From the NCBI RefSeq assembly GCF_001194135.2, contig NC_068984.1, positions 49,602,685-49,666,684 of the forward strand: a stretch of DNA of 64,000 nt. The letters run 5' to 3'. Made by a program: the position numbers and the translations under genes. Under the pieces are notes generated by a model that worked only from the letters and a program-made list of their open reading frames with translations, made no database searches and was not told the DNA's origin. This DNA comes from Octopus bimaculoides. Lineage: Eukaryota. Position 1 is the first letter of the stretch; the number at the start of each line of letters is the position of its first letter. Below, in pieces: positions 25,466-39,700 of this stretch.

Positions 25466-28400
25466 TATTTGTTTTCTTATTTATCTTCATACTTTTTGTT
25501 GCTGCTTCTTTTGTTTTCTTTTGTTTAGTGTTAACTTTAATTAGTGGATAATTATCCTTCATTTAGTAAACAACAACAGTTAGATATACAATTATAGACT
25601 TTTATCTTACAAAATTATCAGCTTTTATAACAATATTAAACCATATTCAGCTTAGAAATGACAAATTCAAATTTAAAGTTTGAAAGATATACAACAAAGA
25701 TAATATGCATACTTTCTGATATCATCTTTGTTGTATAATAAAGAATCATTATAATATTAATCTTAAACCATTGATAAAAAACATGACTTGCTTTCTTTGT
25801 TCATTTTTACATCCATTTTTTCCATGTTAGCATGAGTTAGATGAATATATTATTGAGGCATTGTCTTCAACCAGATGCCCTTTCTGTCACTAACCCTCAC
25901 TTGCTTTTCAAGTTATACCCCCATTTCATCGAAGCCATACTCACATGGAAAAATGGACATTGCTTTCTTATAATCCTAAATATTTTCTCAATATTTTGAA
26001 AGTGTTTTGTTTTGTAATAATTCACATATTTATCATGATAACTAATTTAAGATTATATAAATGAACCATGAAAACAATCTTTCTTATTCCAAAGAAATAT
26101 TTCCCAAATTTCTCTACTGATAAAGAAAAATTCCTTTGGTATTTGACTGAAAATCATTGGTCTGATATTTGGAATATATTCACATTGATAAACACATCTT
26201 GTGTAGCAAATATGAGGTGTTTAACTATTAACATCTTACAATATTTACTTTGAAATAAGTAACTCTTGAATTTTCCTTTATCATGGTGTTTATACACAAT
26301 TTAATCTGAAAGAGAATGGTTTTAAAGTTATAAATCTGATGAGAATCCTCAATATTCTTACTGAAGTCCAAAAATTAGCAGCAATTAAAAGAAAAAGAAC
26401 AATATTTTAGCAAGAGCTAAATCCTAATCACTGAATTTATTTCAATATGATACAAATATTAAAACAAGGATAATACAACTATAAGGGTTAAATGAAAGTG
26501 GTAAATTTACTATTCTATGACCAAGTAAAATTGGTTTCTCTTCATTAATGAATTATTTCTGTTGTGTGTGAAGCTTTGCATCTAAAACATTTACCTGTCT
26601 AAAAAGAATAGCTATTATATCTCACATACAGCTATTCTTCTTACTTGAGCAATTTTCAATCTGTTCTGAATTAATCTTTTTAAGAATAAACTATCTAAAT
26701 CTAACATTTCTTATAATAAGGATAGTAAAGCATAGTAAAGCTTAAGTTTAGAAATAGTTTTCTTGCAAGTTATTAATTTTCAAGAAAATATTTCATAAAA
26801 TTTTACAAGATATTTTGTTGCTAAAATATTTCTTAATACCTCACAGGTACAAAGCTTCAGATTGGTAGAAGGAAAATATGATGCCATACTTTTCGAAAAC
26901 CCTAACAAAAAATTAATTCTTTCTGACTTGTAAAGATCCATTTGTGGTATTCAATTCCAATTTGGTTTTATCCAAGGGTTGGATAATACAACTACTCCTG
27001 GCTAGGATGCCAGTCAATCGCAGATAGTCTTTCCTACTGGAGAAATTGAAGACAGAAAATTCAGAACTGCTACCCAACACAATACTTAATAATTTCACAG
27101 TGCTGCTGCTTACAGTAGTGAATGATACCACCAACTTGGTATCTATGATGCTTACTTTGATATAAGTTGACTGAGCTTTTCAGAGTTAAGAGTCTTTATT
27201 GTGAACAAGATACAGTATTAATATAGAATATGATCTCGTGTATTGTCTAACATTACTGACTCGGCCATCATGATTCCCACGGAACAACAGATAGATAACA
27301 ATATTAATTAACTGATATCAATTTTAACAATTATAATAGTGCACACAAGCAATGTAGTCTTGGCCATCAGTTCTACTATTGCAAAAGTCTTTTAACTTGA
27401 CCAGTAAGATAAAGTGGAAGTCTAGAGAGAACCTTTACCCTATATATCAAAGTTATATTATTGTGTAAGTCAAAGTGATTTCAAACATATCAGATTGAAA
27501 TTTAAGAAATATACTCCATGTATAATCTCTTTAAAAACTTGATGTTTTTGATATGGGAACTTTTGTGTAATATTGTTGTTCGCATGTGTGCTGTCTATTC
27601 CAAGACCAGTTTTCTATCTGTGATAAAATTGTAAGCCTGATGACACATAACTGTATTTCAATATGTATAGCTTTTTACAGTTAAATATTTTCTCTCGGAC
27701 ATTTTCACATTTTTGCCTCTCTTTCAGTCTTAAGTTGGTAGCGTTTCAAATTGTTAGGTTATTCTTTTTTTTTTAAATTAAAGCAATATAGTTATCTATA
27801 CTTATAATCAACATGTAAGGTTTTTTTCTAATATTTTTCTTAAAAAAAAGAACAACAAAGAAAACTTATAGAGATTTATTTAACTTAATTTTCAAAATTT
27901 CATTTGCAAATTATGCCAATTATTTTTCTTTGTGTTACATAATTCCTTGTTTGAAGCACTAGAGAAAAAAGTTCCTTAACTGTTTATTTTTATTTTTATC
28001 AAGTTTAATAATGTGGACAATCAAAGGCTGCTGGTCAAAACAAAAGAAAAGGAAAAACAATATTTTTGCTGTATCTGTGATTTTTGTGTTGGATTAGCTC
28101 CAAATGTTGATTGGAGTACAATTATTTTGGCAAAATATTTTGTACATGCAATAGCCACTTCTGGAAATAAGTTATAACTTATATCAAAATTGACATTATC
28201 TTCAAGTGGAAAATTAAATATCTACTATTTTAGACATTTAAGAAGCCGTGCTTTTTTTTTTATTATTATTATCCAACTTCAATTAATTCAGAAAATATTC
28301 AATTATGCTGATTTATGAAAAATATTTCAAAACTCAGTGTTAAAACAATGGAAAGAGCAATTTAAAATCAAATACTTTACTTTTTTACAAAACAATTTCA

Positions 28401-29677
28401 AAGAAAAGGGTTTAGAATTTTCTTGATCCTTTAATCTTTGATTACTACATTTCATTCAGTTATAGAAAAGTAATTTGTAAGTGTGTAGTTGGATTGTCAC
28501 ATACAGCGAATTTAACTGATGATTCTTGATTAACATTTTTTTTGCAATTTGTTTATTAGCTTTATTTTTAGATGATAAATCTTATTGATATTCACTGCTC
28601 TTTCTAATGAAATTCATTATTTTGGAATGTTTAACAAATTCTGACATTTTGAAGTAAAAAAACTGTAAGTGAAGCTCAACCATGAATTAAACAGGCTTCT
28701 TATGCCTGCTATAAACAATGGAAGTTTTACATTTGTTTCTTTTTTTTTCTTTTTCAATTTTTATATATTAGTTGGTATATAACTTGACTTTAATTTTTTT
28801 TCAAAAGTAAAACAAGAATATGAAATATTTTATTCATTAATATGGTTACCATTATTCCATCCAACTTAAAACAATAGATCATTTGCATAGATAGAAATGA
28901 ACAGGATTTGTTCTCCAGAATAATTAACCATTAAGTGTTGTTATTAACATTTACTACATTGGTTCTATGTTGACTTTATGATATAAATCATACATCGAAT
29001 TCTATCTTCTGGAGAATATTTATATACAGACTTGTCCAAGCGGATCCGGCCTCTTTTGAAACACTGAATGATGAAAACGTTTTTTTTTAAAAATAACTTT
29101 CAAATATTTTTAAAGTATATACAATGTTTTATTATTGATGATCTTCAACTTCCTATGAAATTTATTTCTCAATATATCATTTTAGTATTTTTGCTGTGTA
29201 TTCCATGTGATTTGAAATTCATTTTATTGGGTTTTTTAACTGCATTGTTAAACTGGACATAGAAAGCTCTTGGATCCCAGATTCTAAGAGTAATATAGAT
29301 AAGTATTAATGAATTCTTATTTCTTCCCAAAATGGTTATACTTTCTGTAATTCTATTTGTGTTTTTTCTCCTAAATGTTTGGCAAAATTGTGTATTTCAT
29401 TATATTTGTAATTTCTCTGTGAATATTATGGTGCTACTTATCAATTCAGCAATCTTACTTGTTGTGTAAATAAATTTGATTAATAACAGACAAGATATTT
29501 TGCTCCCTGCATAAGCTTTTGTTAAGGATGTCAATCGATTATTTTTTACTATTAAATTGAGAATGATATTTTAATATCAATGTTTTATCAGTTTTTTTTT
29601 TTGTTTTTTTTTTGATCTCATGACTGTTTTCTAACTTCTTGTAGTAATTTTGAAATTGCCACACTAATTAATTTCAG

Positions 29678-29688
29678 ATTATTATTAC

Positions 29689-29727
<39 letters not shown>

Positions 29728-29768
29728 TATTATTATTATTATTATCATTACTATTATTATTATTATTA

Positions 29769-29815
<47 letters not shown>
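29678..29815. repeat. (ATT)n microsatellite
   Basis: About 46 units with occasional ACT/ATC variants; explains the poly-N ORF 29618-29842. Confidence 0.98.
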
Positions 29816-32800
29816 TAGATAATTAACAACTATAATGATCAAATTCTTGCTTAAACTTTTGGCTTGATTTAAAAAAGAACAATAGAAATATATCAGACAT
29901 ATAATATGAGTAAATATATATTTCTAAGTAGAAATCTTCTTGAATTTTTCTTCTTTTCCTTTTATAATATGTAAAAATTGAACCATTTCCAAATTTCTTG
30001 CCAAATTTGATACATTTTGTGGTGCGAGATGTCTGAAATAAACAAAAACTGGAATCAATAAAAAAGCAAAATGACATCTATTAACAAAGTGTAAAAAATA
30101 TTAAATTATAAATCACATCGGCTAATTATGTAATTATTAATGAAATGCTGTCAGCTATTAGCTTCTATATTGCCATTCTATATCTCATATACTCATATAT
30201 ATACACATACTCACACAGATACTGTATATAAATATATATGTGTGTGTGTGTGTGTGTATATACATACATACATACAGTACACCAAACAAATATGCACACA
30301 CAAAAACACATACATACATACAAACATACATACACACATACATATCAGAAATAGCAAGACCAGAGCAAATCGTGGCTGAAGCCATTTTGTGGCATTTGGG
30401 GGCCAATTAAAAAAGCCAACCCTTTCCTAATCTACATAGTACTCTGCAATGTGGGAAAGGTCTTGACTCCCCAATGTTATCAATCTCTATATATAAATAC
30501 ATATGTAACTTCTCAAAAATGCAACCATGGAGAATAAAGTTTCCAAATTTGCGAAAATGATTTGGAAATTATAAATCATAAATGTACAAATAACTTCATA
30601 ATAGTTTGTATAATTAAGCAATTAAGACTGAGCTGAGATGTTTTGCATTTGCATGTAGAATATTCTACAGATTTAAGATGAGGATTCACAGATATGAGCA
30701 TAATAGGAAAATAATGTGTTCCCTTCTGACGTATCAAAAATATAGCTAAAGAGAATAAATATCTGGTTCTATTTATAATGAAACTATAATGCTGGATATT
30801 GAGGCAGCTATATGTCTAAGACTATATATTATCCTTTTTGTTTAAACATTATATTAAAATATTCTAACATTTGATAAAAATTTTCAGAAGCCTGCTGATT
30901 TGTACTTCAAAATTTTAAAGAATTCATTCTTTTCGTTAAACACTTTTAAATGTGTAGAAAATATTAAAATTTTGAAGTGTTATGGGTTGCGACGTCAACA
31001 TCTCTATATACATTCTCTTAGTTTTGTCCAAACTTAGTATTTTTGTAAATTTTTCTCTTCAAAGTTTTACATAAAATATGCAACAAAAATAAAAATAAAA
31101 CATATAACAAAAATATATATTAAAAATAGTCAGGTTCAAGGTAACTGAAGTTTTGATATGAATTCAAAATAAGTAGATGTTTTCATTCATTATCTGTTTA
31201 AATTTAATCATGTATCTAATAACTGACATTGCCATTTAAAATACCAGACTAGTACAACCTTCAATATGAAGATAACTTCTAGTGAAGATAAAGCAATGTA
31301 TGATTTTGATAGGGAAGAATGTACTGAAATAGTTTTGCTGTTATTTTCTTCATGCCTTCAAAAGGACTTAAAGCTCATTACTGCAAGGTAATAAAAATAA
31401 TTTATTATCTAGTGCATTTATTATTTTCTTAAATAAGCTCTACCAACTTAGTAATTATACTCTGGTGGATTAACCCAGTATGAGTTAATTGTCTCTTCTT
31501 TAAATGAAGCTCAGCTCAGTTGCTATTATACAAGCCCATCAATCTTCTGTAAAATAAAATAAAATAAAATATGCATGCAATTTACAAGCATTTCTAAATA
31601 ATACTAAGATTTAAGTGCAGTATACAATACTAAAGAATTTTTGGATGAAATTCTTCATATCTGTTCTTTTGGGCAATATTCATTACCAAACAGTAACAAG
31701 TGTCATGGGAGTAAAGTGTGAACATCTGGAATATCAAGAGAGTAACCAACTTTTGATTTTCAGCTGAAACACTTTCAACTTAATGATGTTTTGTATGCCC
31801 TTAGTAAAACCTTGAACATCATAACTTCATATTTCCAATCCCTGAAATATATGACCATTTTGCTCTGATCAAAACAAATATTCATTTCCAGATTTATCCT
31901 TCTTTATATTTTCAAACATTTTTGCCATGTTTTCTTTTTTTTTTAATGTTTATATTTCATTTGTTAGCTTTAAATGCTGGTCAATAATTTAGATTTTATT
32001 TTTCAAAACTTACATAGATTATGATATAATAATAAACACCACTACATTTAGTATAATTTATTATAAGCTTTCTTTTCATTGCAATGATGATAGCAAGTTC
32101 TTTCTAAATATATCTATATAACTTTTTTCCTTTAAAACAAAGCTATGATTTTAAGATTTGATTTTCGTCTATTTAACATTATTTTGTTTAACTTTTCCAA
32201 ATTGACTTTAATTTCTCTTCAATTCCCTGTTATTGTTTTCATTTCTTTATTTGAATATGGATGAAAGACTATATTATTTCACTTCATTTGTGCATTTTAT
32301 TTTGTTCAAGAATATTTCTATTTTTATTGTTATTTATTTGTTCATTTGTTTGTTTATCTATTTTTTCAATCAAAACTAAACTTTGTCTAAAGAGCAAGAA
32401 GAATATCCTAAAATAAAGTAAAGTTATGAATAAATATTTTTCTCACAATTTTTCTTTTTAGTGGGGTGATGTAATTATTGATATTCACAGAAATAATAGT
32501 TATGATTTTTTAATGACTTCTATATGAATTGATATTTCTATAGTTCTTATCATCAATATTTCTTGAAAAACGAGTTAGAGAAATACATCATATCTGAGTT
32601 TAAATCTACTGGGATTAACCTTAGCTCACATCACTCTGGGCTTGATAAAATTAGAACTAGCATGATGATTTAATCATCTGTCACTCACCTCCTACTAAAA
32701 TTATTTCGTATATAAATGAAAAATTAATTCTTCTTGCAGAAAAGATTATGTATCAATTCCAGTTGAAGAAAATCAATGATTTTCTTTTGAATTCTTTATT

Positions 32801-33510
32801 TGTATAGAATTTTATAATCAGACCTACAATCTAAGTATATTTATATGAATAACCACAGAAATACTAAATTTGATCAGCATTTTTAGTTCATAATGTGAAA
32901 AATAAACTTTCACTCAAATTCAAAAGAAAACAATGGTTTGATGCTCATTTCATTGAATTGACAAACACACAAGATTTTCATCATTTCAGCAATCAAGAAT
33001 TCTGAACAAGATTTCTTGACAAGAAGTAAATGGTCTAAATACAGTCCTATTCATCAGCCGAATTTTCATGAATTTGATCAATTCTCTATAAACTATCCAC
33101 TCCTCTGTAAATAATATTGGAATTGTTCTTATTTCTTGCCTCTTTGAATCCCTTCAACTTCATTATTAGCTCATTCTTCAAACAAAATAAATTTCAAAAG
33201 TTTTCTATTAGTAAAAGTAGATTAAATTTTAACATTTGATTTTATGAAAATAGTTTCTCATTTCTTCGGTGTATGTATTAAATCATTAGTCATTATACAC
33301 TTTTTTGTTTTTTCAAATTTGAGTTCTTCATTTGATAAGTTCCTTTTCTGTATCAAGTTGTATAAACTATCTTTATAATAACCATTTTACAAAATTTAGA
33401 GTTTTATTAAATTATTCAACTTAAACATATAAACTATAGTAGAGAACATTTTATCAGTCACTCCTGATATTAAAAGATGTAAATTCTTTCGACAAATTTA
33501 TTGTGGAGTG

Positions 33511-33735
33511 CAACGTTCCCTCTAATCTTTTGCTGTGGTTGTGTGCAGAATTTTGCAAATTTGCAAATTTTGTCTTTCTTTGCAAAGTGTACATCTATGA
33601 GTAACCATTGCTCAAATTTCTTCAGTTAAAAAAATTTGATTTCATCTTGAAAATCATGTGTGCACACATTCTTTTCTATCCTATTTGTAAAACATCTGTG
33701 CACAGGCACAAGCACACAGCTTAGAGGAAACACTG
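33511..33735. mobile_element. hAT-type MITE with 8-bp TSD
   Basis: TIRs CAACGTTCCCTCTAA and CAGTGTTTCCTCTAA (reverse complement). TSD gtggagtg (33503-33510) / gtggaatg (33736-33743). Confidence 0.85.
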
Positions 33736-36665
33736 GTGGAATGACATAGTTTCTATTCTTGCCTTGATCATCAAATTATGTACTGCTTCTCATTGCTTTA
33801 GGTTGAATTAATTAAGCCCAAATGTCAAGTATTTTCAACTATTATATAGGCTTTCAGAAAATAAATGAAGAACTTAGAATTTTTTGTTTTTGTTTTACAA
33901 TCCCCCATCCGCACTTAATCTATCTAGAATTTAAGGAAACATTTTCTAAATATTATAATTATAAACGTTCTGTTTGAGTCTTTAAAACAGTCATTTTTAT
34001 TTTTTAAGGAATGCTTTCTATAAAGACGAGCCAATGTGATATTCTGACAATTGTCAACAAAACTTTCAAAATGGCATAGTAAAGAAAATGAAAACAGCCT
34101 TATTGATGAAAATACAATCATGAGAGTAAATAGTTACATCATAGAAAATCTTTCACTAGATATCTATTCATTCACATGATGGCATAGATGAAGTAAAACT
34201 ACTTATAGTCATTCCCTAACCAGGAACTTCTCAAATGGTGCTAACAAAATCTATTAGAGTGAATTAAACAATAGATATTCACTAAGTACAGAAATCATTC
34301 TCCTCACAATGAAATGCATTACATATTTTTATTAATATCATTTCTGGAAGGGATTAATTGTTTGATAAAATTTATGGCACTTATTTTTTGGATGTTCAGT
34401 TTTTTTTTTTTTTTTGTTTTTTTTTTCATTTCTTTTTAGCAATAGTTTTTAAACATCATATAACTAAGAATATATGACTGGTACAAGGGCAAATCTTCAG
34501 CATAAAAAATATTTTTTACATTTGCCATTTATTAAAGCTGCATGCACATATAAAATTTTTATTGAAATTGAATGTTAATTTCCCTAACTCTGATGTTTAT
34601 ATTTCCTCAATCAAGTCATTAGTTCAGGTAAGTTGAGTTTTTGGTCTTAAAACTGCACTAATCCTAATTTAGAGTATATTTCACCATTTCAGATCTCAAT
34701 TTGAGTAATGTTGAAGAATTTAATATTAATTACTTTGCCCTATGTCTCAATTATGTTTAAGGATCTTGTTCAGTATGAAATAATAAATTCTGGAAAAACA
34801 AATTAATATTTGCGTGTAACAAACTTTGTAATTAATAAAAACGAATTCTTAAAACATTTTTCTCTATCATTTTTCTGAGACCATGGAGGCTTTTGTTATC
34901 ATGAATAGTATCTTTTCTAAAGTTTGTAATTATGTAATTACTGTAAAATTAATATGCTTCTTAATATTGTATTGGATGAAGAAGGCAAATATAATAATTT
35001 TTTTTAAATTATGATTTTATTGCTGGTATTTTCTCTTAGCTTTTTAACTTTGCCTAAATCTTTTTATTGTCTTTTTCTCTTGGTTGTAGATTTTTTTTAA
35101 TGCAAATAAATATATGGTCTGCTTCCAGCCAATTCAGTCCCATTTATCCCGGTGAATAGCTTTTGCTAGGTGCCAAAATCATATGACATAACTCAAATAT
35201 TTTCATTAGAGATATTCTTAAATTTTCTTTGAGCAAACTCTTATTTATCTAATAAATTTACTTCTTATGCATTCACAATCAAAATAGGTGGAAAAGCATT
35301 TTCATGTAGGACAGGATAATTAAAGATGATATTTGTTTTGTACCAATTTAATTAAAGTATAGGTTTGAATGCTTTTTTTTTTGTTTTGCATTCAAACTAG
35401 CATGTTTCTGTTTGTGTGTATGATTTGTTTATGTGCATGAATCTATACTTGTTTATGTACATGAGTCTGTGCTTGTTTATCTGTGTGTCTATGTTTACTT
35501 ATCATGTTATCCATATTGAAGTATTTTGTATAATAGCTTCTACTCTTCCTTATTTCTAGTTTAATATTTCAAGTCTCTAATATTAGTTTGTCAGGTTTCC
35601 CTTTGTGCCTGATCTAATTTTTCTCTCTCCTCAAACTACTTTTTACTTTCTGTCCTTTTTTAACCTATTATCTCTTCCATCTACTTGATATTATGTATAC
35701 AGTGACAATTTGGAAACTGTCAATCTATATATTTGATATTATTTACATCACCACCATCACCATCTATGAGTTAATGTCACTTTATGTATACTGAAGTGAG
35801 TTGGATGATAATTACAATAAACAGACAACTTAATCAATAGTTACAAAATATCAAATTCACATATGTAAGAGTACTTTTAAATATAGCTGAAATATTTTTT
35901 TAAGTCAGGTTACATAATACACTTTAGGATTTATTTGATTGTTGGAGAAGATACTCACACTAGTATGCACATGCTTATTCAAATGCACAGTTCATAAATT
36001 CTTTTATTCATTTTTTTTAAACAGCTATGAATAGTAAAATGGCACTTTATTTTATGTAAAGAGATATGGTTAGTCACAAATTGAAACATATTCTATCACA
36101 GTTATTTCCCCTCATTAGAACCTTGAAATGTATAGAATTCCAAAATATACCATATATCATGGCTTGTGAGTTGTCTATTCATTGCACTTTGAAAATGGAA
36201 ATATATTCCTAAATATGCAAGTTAAGCATTTTAGATGTGCAATTATTAAGAAATAATTTTAGGCGTATTTTAGTTATTTTTACAAATTCCCAGTCAATTT
36301 TATTAGTTGTTGTTGAATACACCTTTCAATCTTACCTTATCAAACTTGTGACCAGAAATAATTACTGAAATTTTTAATAATGATTCAGTAATGCAGATAT
36401 AAGTTATATGGTTGCCAGTGCCAGCATTCTCTTCGGATATAGTGGTCATCCAAGAATTTTGATGGAGGGGAGCTTATGTAGTCTCTCTTTTAAAGTTGTG
36501 AAAATATTAGGAGGAGTTTATGCTGCTACATTGAGCTTCAAGTAAGTCACATGTGACCTGCTAGAAACAGTAGTCCAAAACTCTCTCAGACCACAACATA
36601 CCGTTTCAGAAAAGGTCAAATTAAATTGTGTGGTCCTGCGTTTCCCTGTTTACAGGAAAAAGATA

Positions 36666-36797
36666 AGGTGGCTATACCAGGCTCCAATCTGATCTGGCAG
36701 AGTTTCTGCAGCTGGAAGCCCTTCCTAACGCCAACCACTCCGAGAGTGTAGTAGGTGCTTTTACGTGTCACCGGCACGAAGGCCAGTCAGGCGGTCG
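36666..36797 (-). mobile_element. RTE LINE 3' UTR fragment
   Basis: ccaggctccaatctgatctggcagagtttctgcagctggaagcccttcctaacgccaaccactccgagagtgtag matches 45560-45700. Confidence 0.85.
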
Positions 36798-39700
36798 GTG
36801 ACATTATCAAATGTCAGCTAATACCATTTTGATTCTTTCAGCAAGTATGGGAAGCAACTTGGTTTTTTAAAACATCCTCAGCAAAGCTTAGCCTTTACTG
36901 TAATTACCAAAGTAGCGATGAGAGAATCATTTGGTAGATATTCAATAATGAACACTAATAAGTGTAGAAAGTCACAATATTTTTGAAAAAATAAATTATG
37001 TAGAAGGTATCCATATAAAAAAAACAAGAACTAATTTAGTAGTAACATATCTAATGCAAGGAACATAACAAAATGTAACTGAAAATAATTCTGCATTGAT
37101 GAGAAAAGGAAAAATAGTCATCAGTTAATATTATTTTGATTATTTGCCAATCAAGTATGGAACATAACTCTGGGCAGGTTTTGATCCTCAAGAAAGCTTA
37201 GCCCTTACTGTACAATGTACACATATATTGGTTGCTAATATTCTCTACTTTACTATTTCTTTCCCTCTCTTATTCTTTTCATTCTATATTTCCACTAGCA
37301 TTAATTTTAGCTATAAAACTATCCTTCAGATTATATTTATTAATATTCAGTTACTTAGATTCAGACGAGAAGTCAAGCAAGCATAAAAAAATATAACTTG
37401 TATAATACTGCTTCTGAAGATACTAATGATTATGGGGGTGTTGCTGGTAATGCTTCTAATTGTGTTTATCATGATGAGGTGATATTGATTAATATATTAG
37501 AAATTTACTGCTTTTTATTCTTAACAGAATACTTCCAATTGTAAAATGTATGTTTTGTAATTTCTAAAAACAAAAGAACAAAACAATGAATTATTCACAC
37601 ATTTATCAGAATCATTTGGCTTCCTTCATTGATTGTGTAGAGCAGTCGTAATAGTAGAGCAGATTAAATATAGGCCCATCATCTGAATAAATGTGCATTA
37701 TATGCAGGAAGAATTCTCAAAAGAACATTTATAATTTATAAGTCAATCTATCAAAATCTGTAGCCATAGAAGTTGTAGGTATACAGGAAGCATTTATATT
37801 TTTAAAATATAACTCTGTAATCACCTCCATTAAATTGATTTCACATACAATTCAGGAAAACAAATACACTTGACATTTAACATGGTTAAGGGATATTTTA
37901 GTTATATAATCAACTGACTAACAAAAACAAGCCAAAGTTAACAACTACAATCCTAAAGAAGTGCATCTAAAATGAACTTCAAGCAAATCAAGATGTAGTT
38001 TGTATCATTTTATTCTTCTATACTGACTTTATGGCTAGCTCAACTCTCTCACCAGCCAGAATGAGCTCACAAGACACCTATGCTATTCATCATACATCAA
38101 GTATTCTACTTGATCCAAATATCCTAATCAGTCATTTTATCTGTAATTGCTTTTGCAGTCTGTTATATATTGGTGTGAATTCCAATCCAAATCTAAAGCT
38201 AACATTATACTTAATTTGACAGCATATCTCCTACTTGAGCAGTAAAATCAACTTACCTAGAAAAGAAGTCAATTGAAATCACTAACTGATTGAGCTGGAA
38301 CTAGAACTATAGTGTTGGTCATATGATAAAATTATCAATCCAAATAATATCTGAATAAAGAAATATTCCTGAGCTTTTGAAAAATTAAGAGACTGCTCTA
38401 CCAAAATAAAATTAATCTACTTTTGTAACAGTGAAAGTATTCTGTGCTGAAGAAAATTCTAGTTTGTGACTAGTTATTCAAAACTAGTTTTACAAGCAGG
38501 ATTACAAACTATACTTGAGAGAATTATTAATTCCAGAAAGTTAGCCATTAATTGCATATCATTAAATCTGTTTAAGTTTATATGGGGGCTTGTATGTGTG
38601 TTAAATACAGGAATATATATGTATGCATGGCCTTGATATTAATTTCAAGTTTGCTTTGCAATCATGATATTCTTGGCTCATTCCTTCTGTGTGACATCTT
38701 GGGCATGTGTCTACTATCAGAATTTTGGGTTAATCCAAATGTGAGTAAAATTGAGTTGGCTGAAATTGTGTAGAAACCTATTTGATGAACTGAACTTGTT
38801 AGTCTAAGGATAAGCTTTAGCAAATACTATGTTACATTCATTTTGCTTGAGGATCACATCAGGAGAACAAGTGTTTATAAAATACACAGCCATTTACATA
38901 AACCAATGAATTGGAAGTTCATATAATCAAATAATGAGAAAAAGTCACTAAAAATGACAAAAGATCTATACACTTTATTTGCATTTATACATAGAAAGAA
39001 ACTCATGTACAAAATATGTAAGAACCACATAAAGTTAAAAGCTTAGAACTTGCATTGTGCTGAACAACATTAATAATACAAGGGAACATCCAGACTTCTG
39101 ATCAACACTAGAGCATAACTTTCCTGCCATCATCAATGCAGCCATCAAAACAAGATGGATGCAACCATGTCGCAATTATTTTGTCATGTCTTTGTTGAAA
39201 TATGTTTCTGCTTCCCTCTCCAGTCCATGAATCCCTGCACTGCTGTCTTTCATAATACCAGTAGCAGTTAGATAGAGCATGGTGGATCTAACTACAAACT
39301 TATGATATCTCACCTCTACTGGAAGCACCAGATATATTGCACCACTTGTTTTAGACTTTATACTGTTAAAAAATCAATGTCACAACTTAGTTTTTAAAAT
39401 CTGGTATTTAATCTAACAGTCTCTTTTTCGCTGAACCATTAAATTGAAGTGATACAAACAAAACAATACCAGTTGTCAATACAAGCATACATATGCACGC
39501 ACACACACACACACACACACTCACTCACTCATACACATATTAGACAAAATAAATGAAGGATATTTGCATAGACTTTCTTAGGATCTGTTTTTTACATTAG
39601 ACCAATGATACTCTTCACACATACATACTTGCATACACACGCACACACACACACACACATGTATGTTTATATATGTATTGTGATTACCGCAAAGAAGACA

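Noticed and set aside
29023-29060. Mariner-TIR-like tacagacttgtccaagcggatccggcct
   Set aside because: No partner TIR or transposase trace was found.
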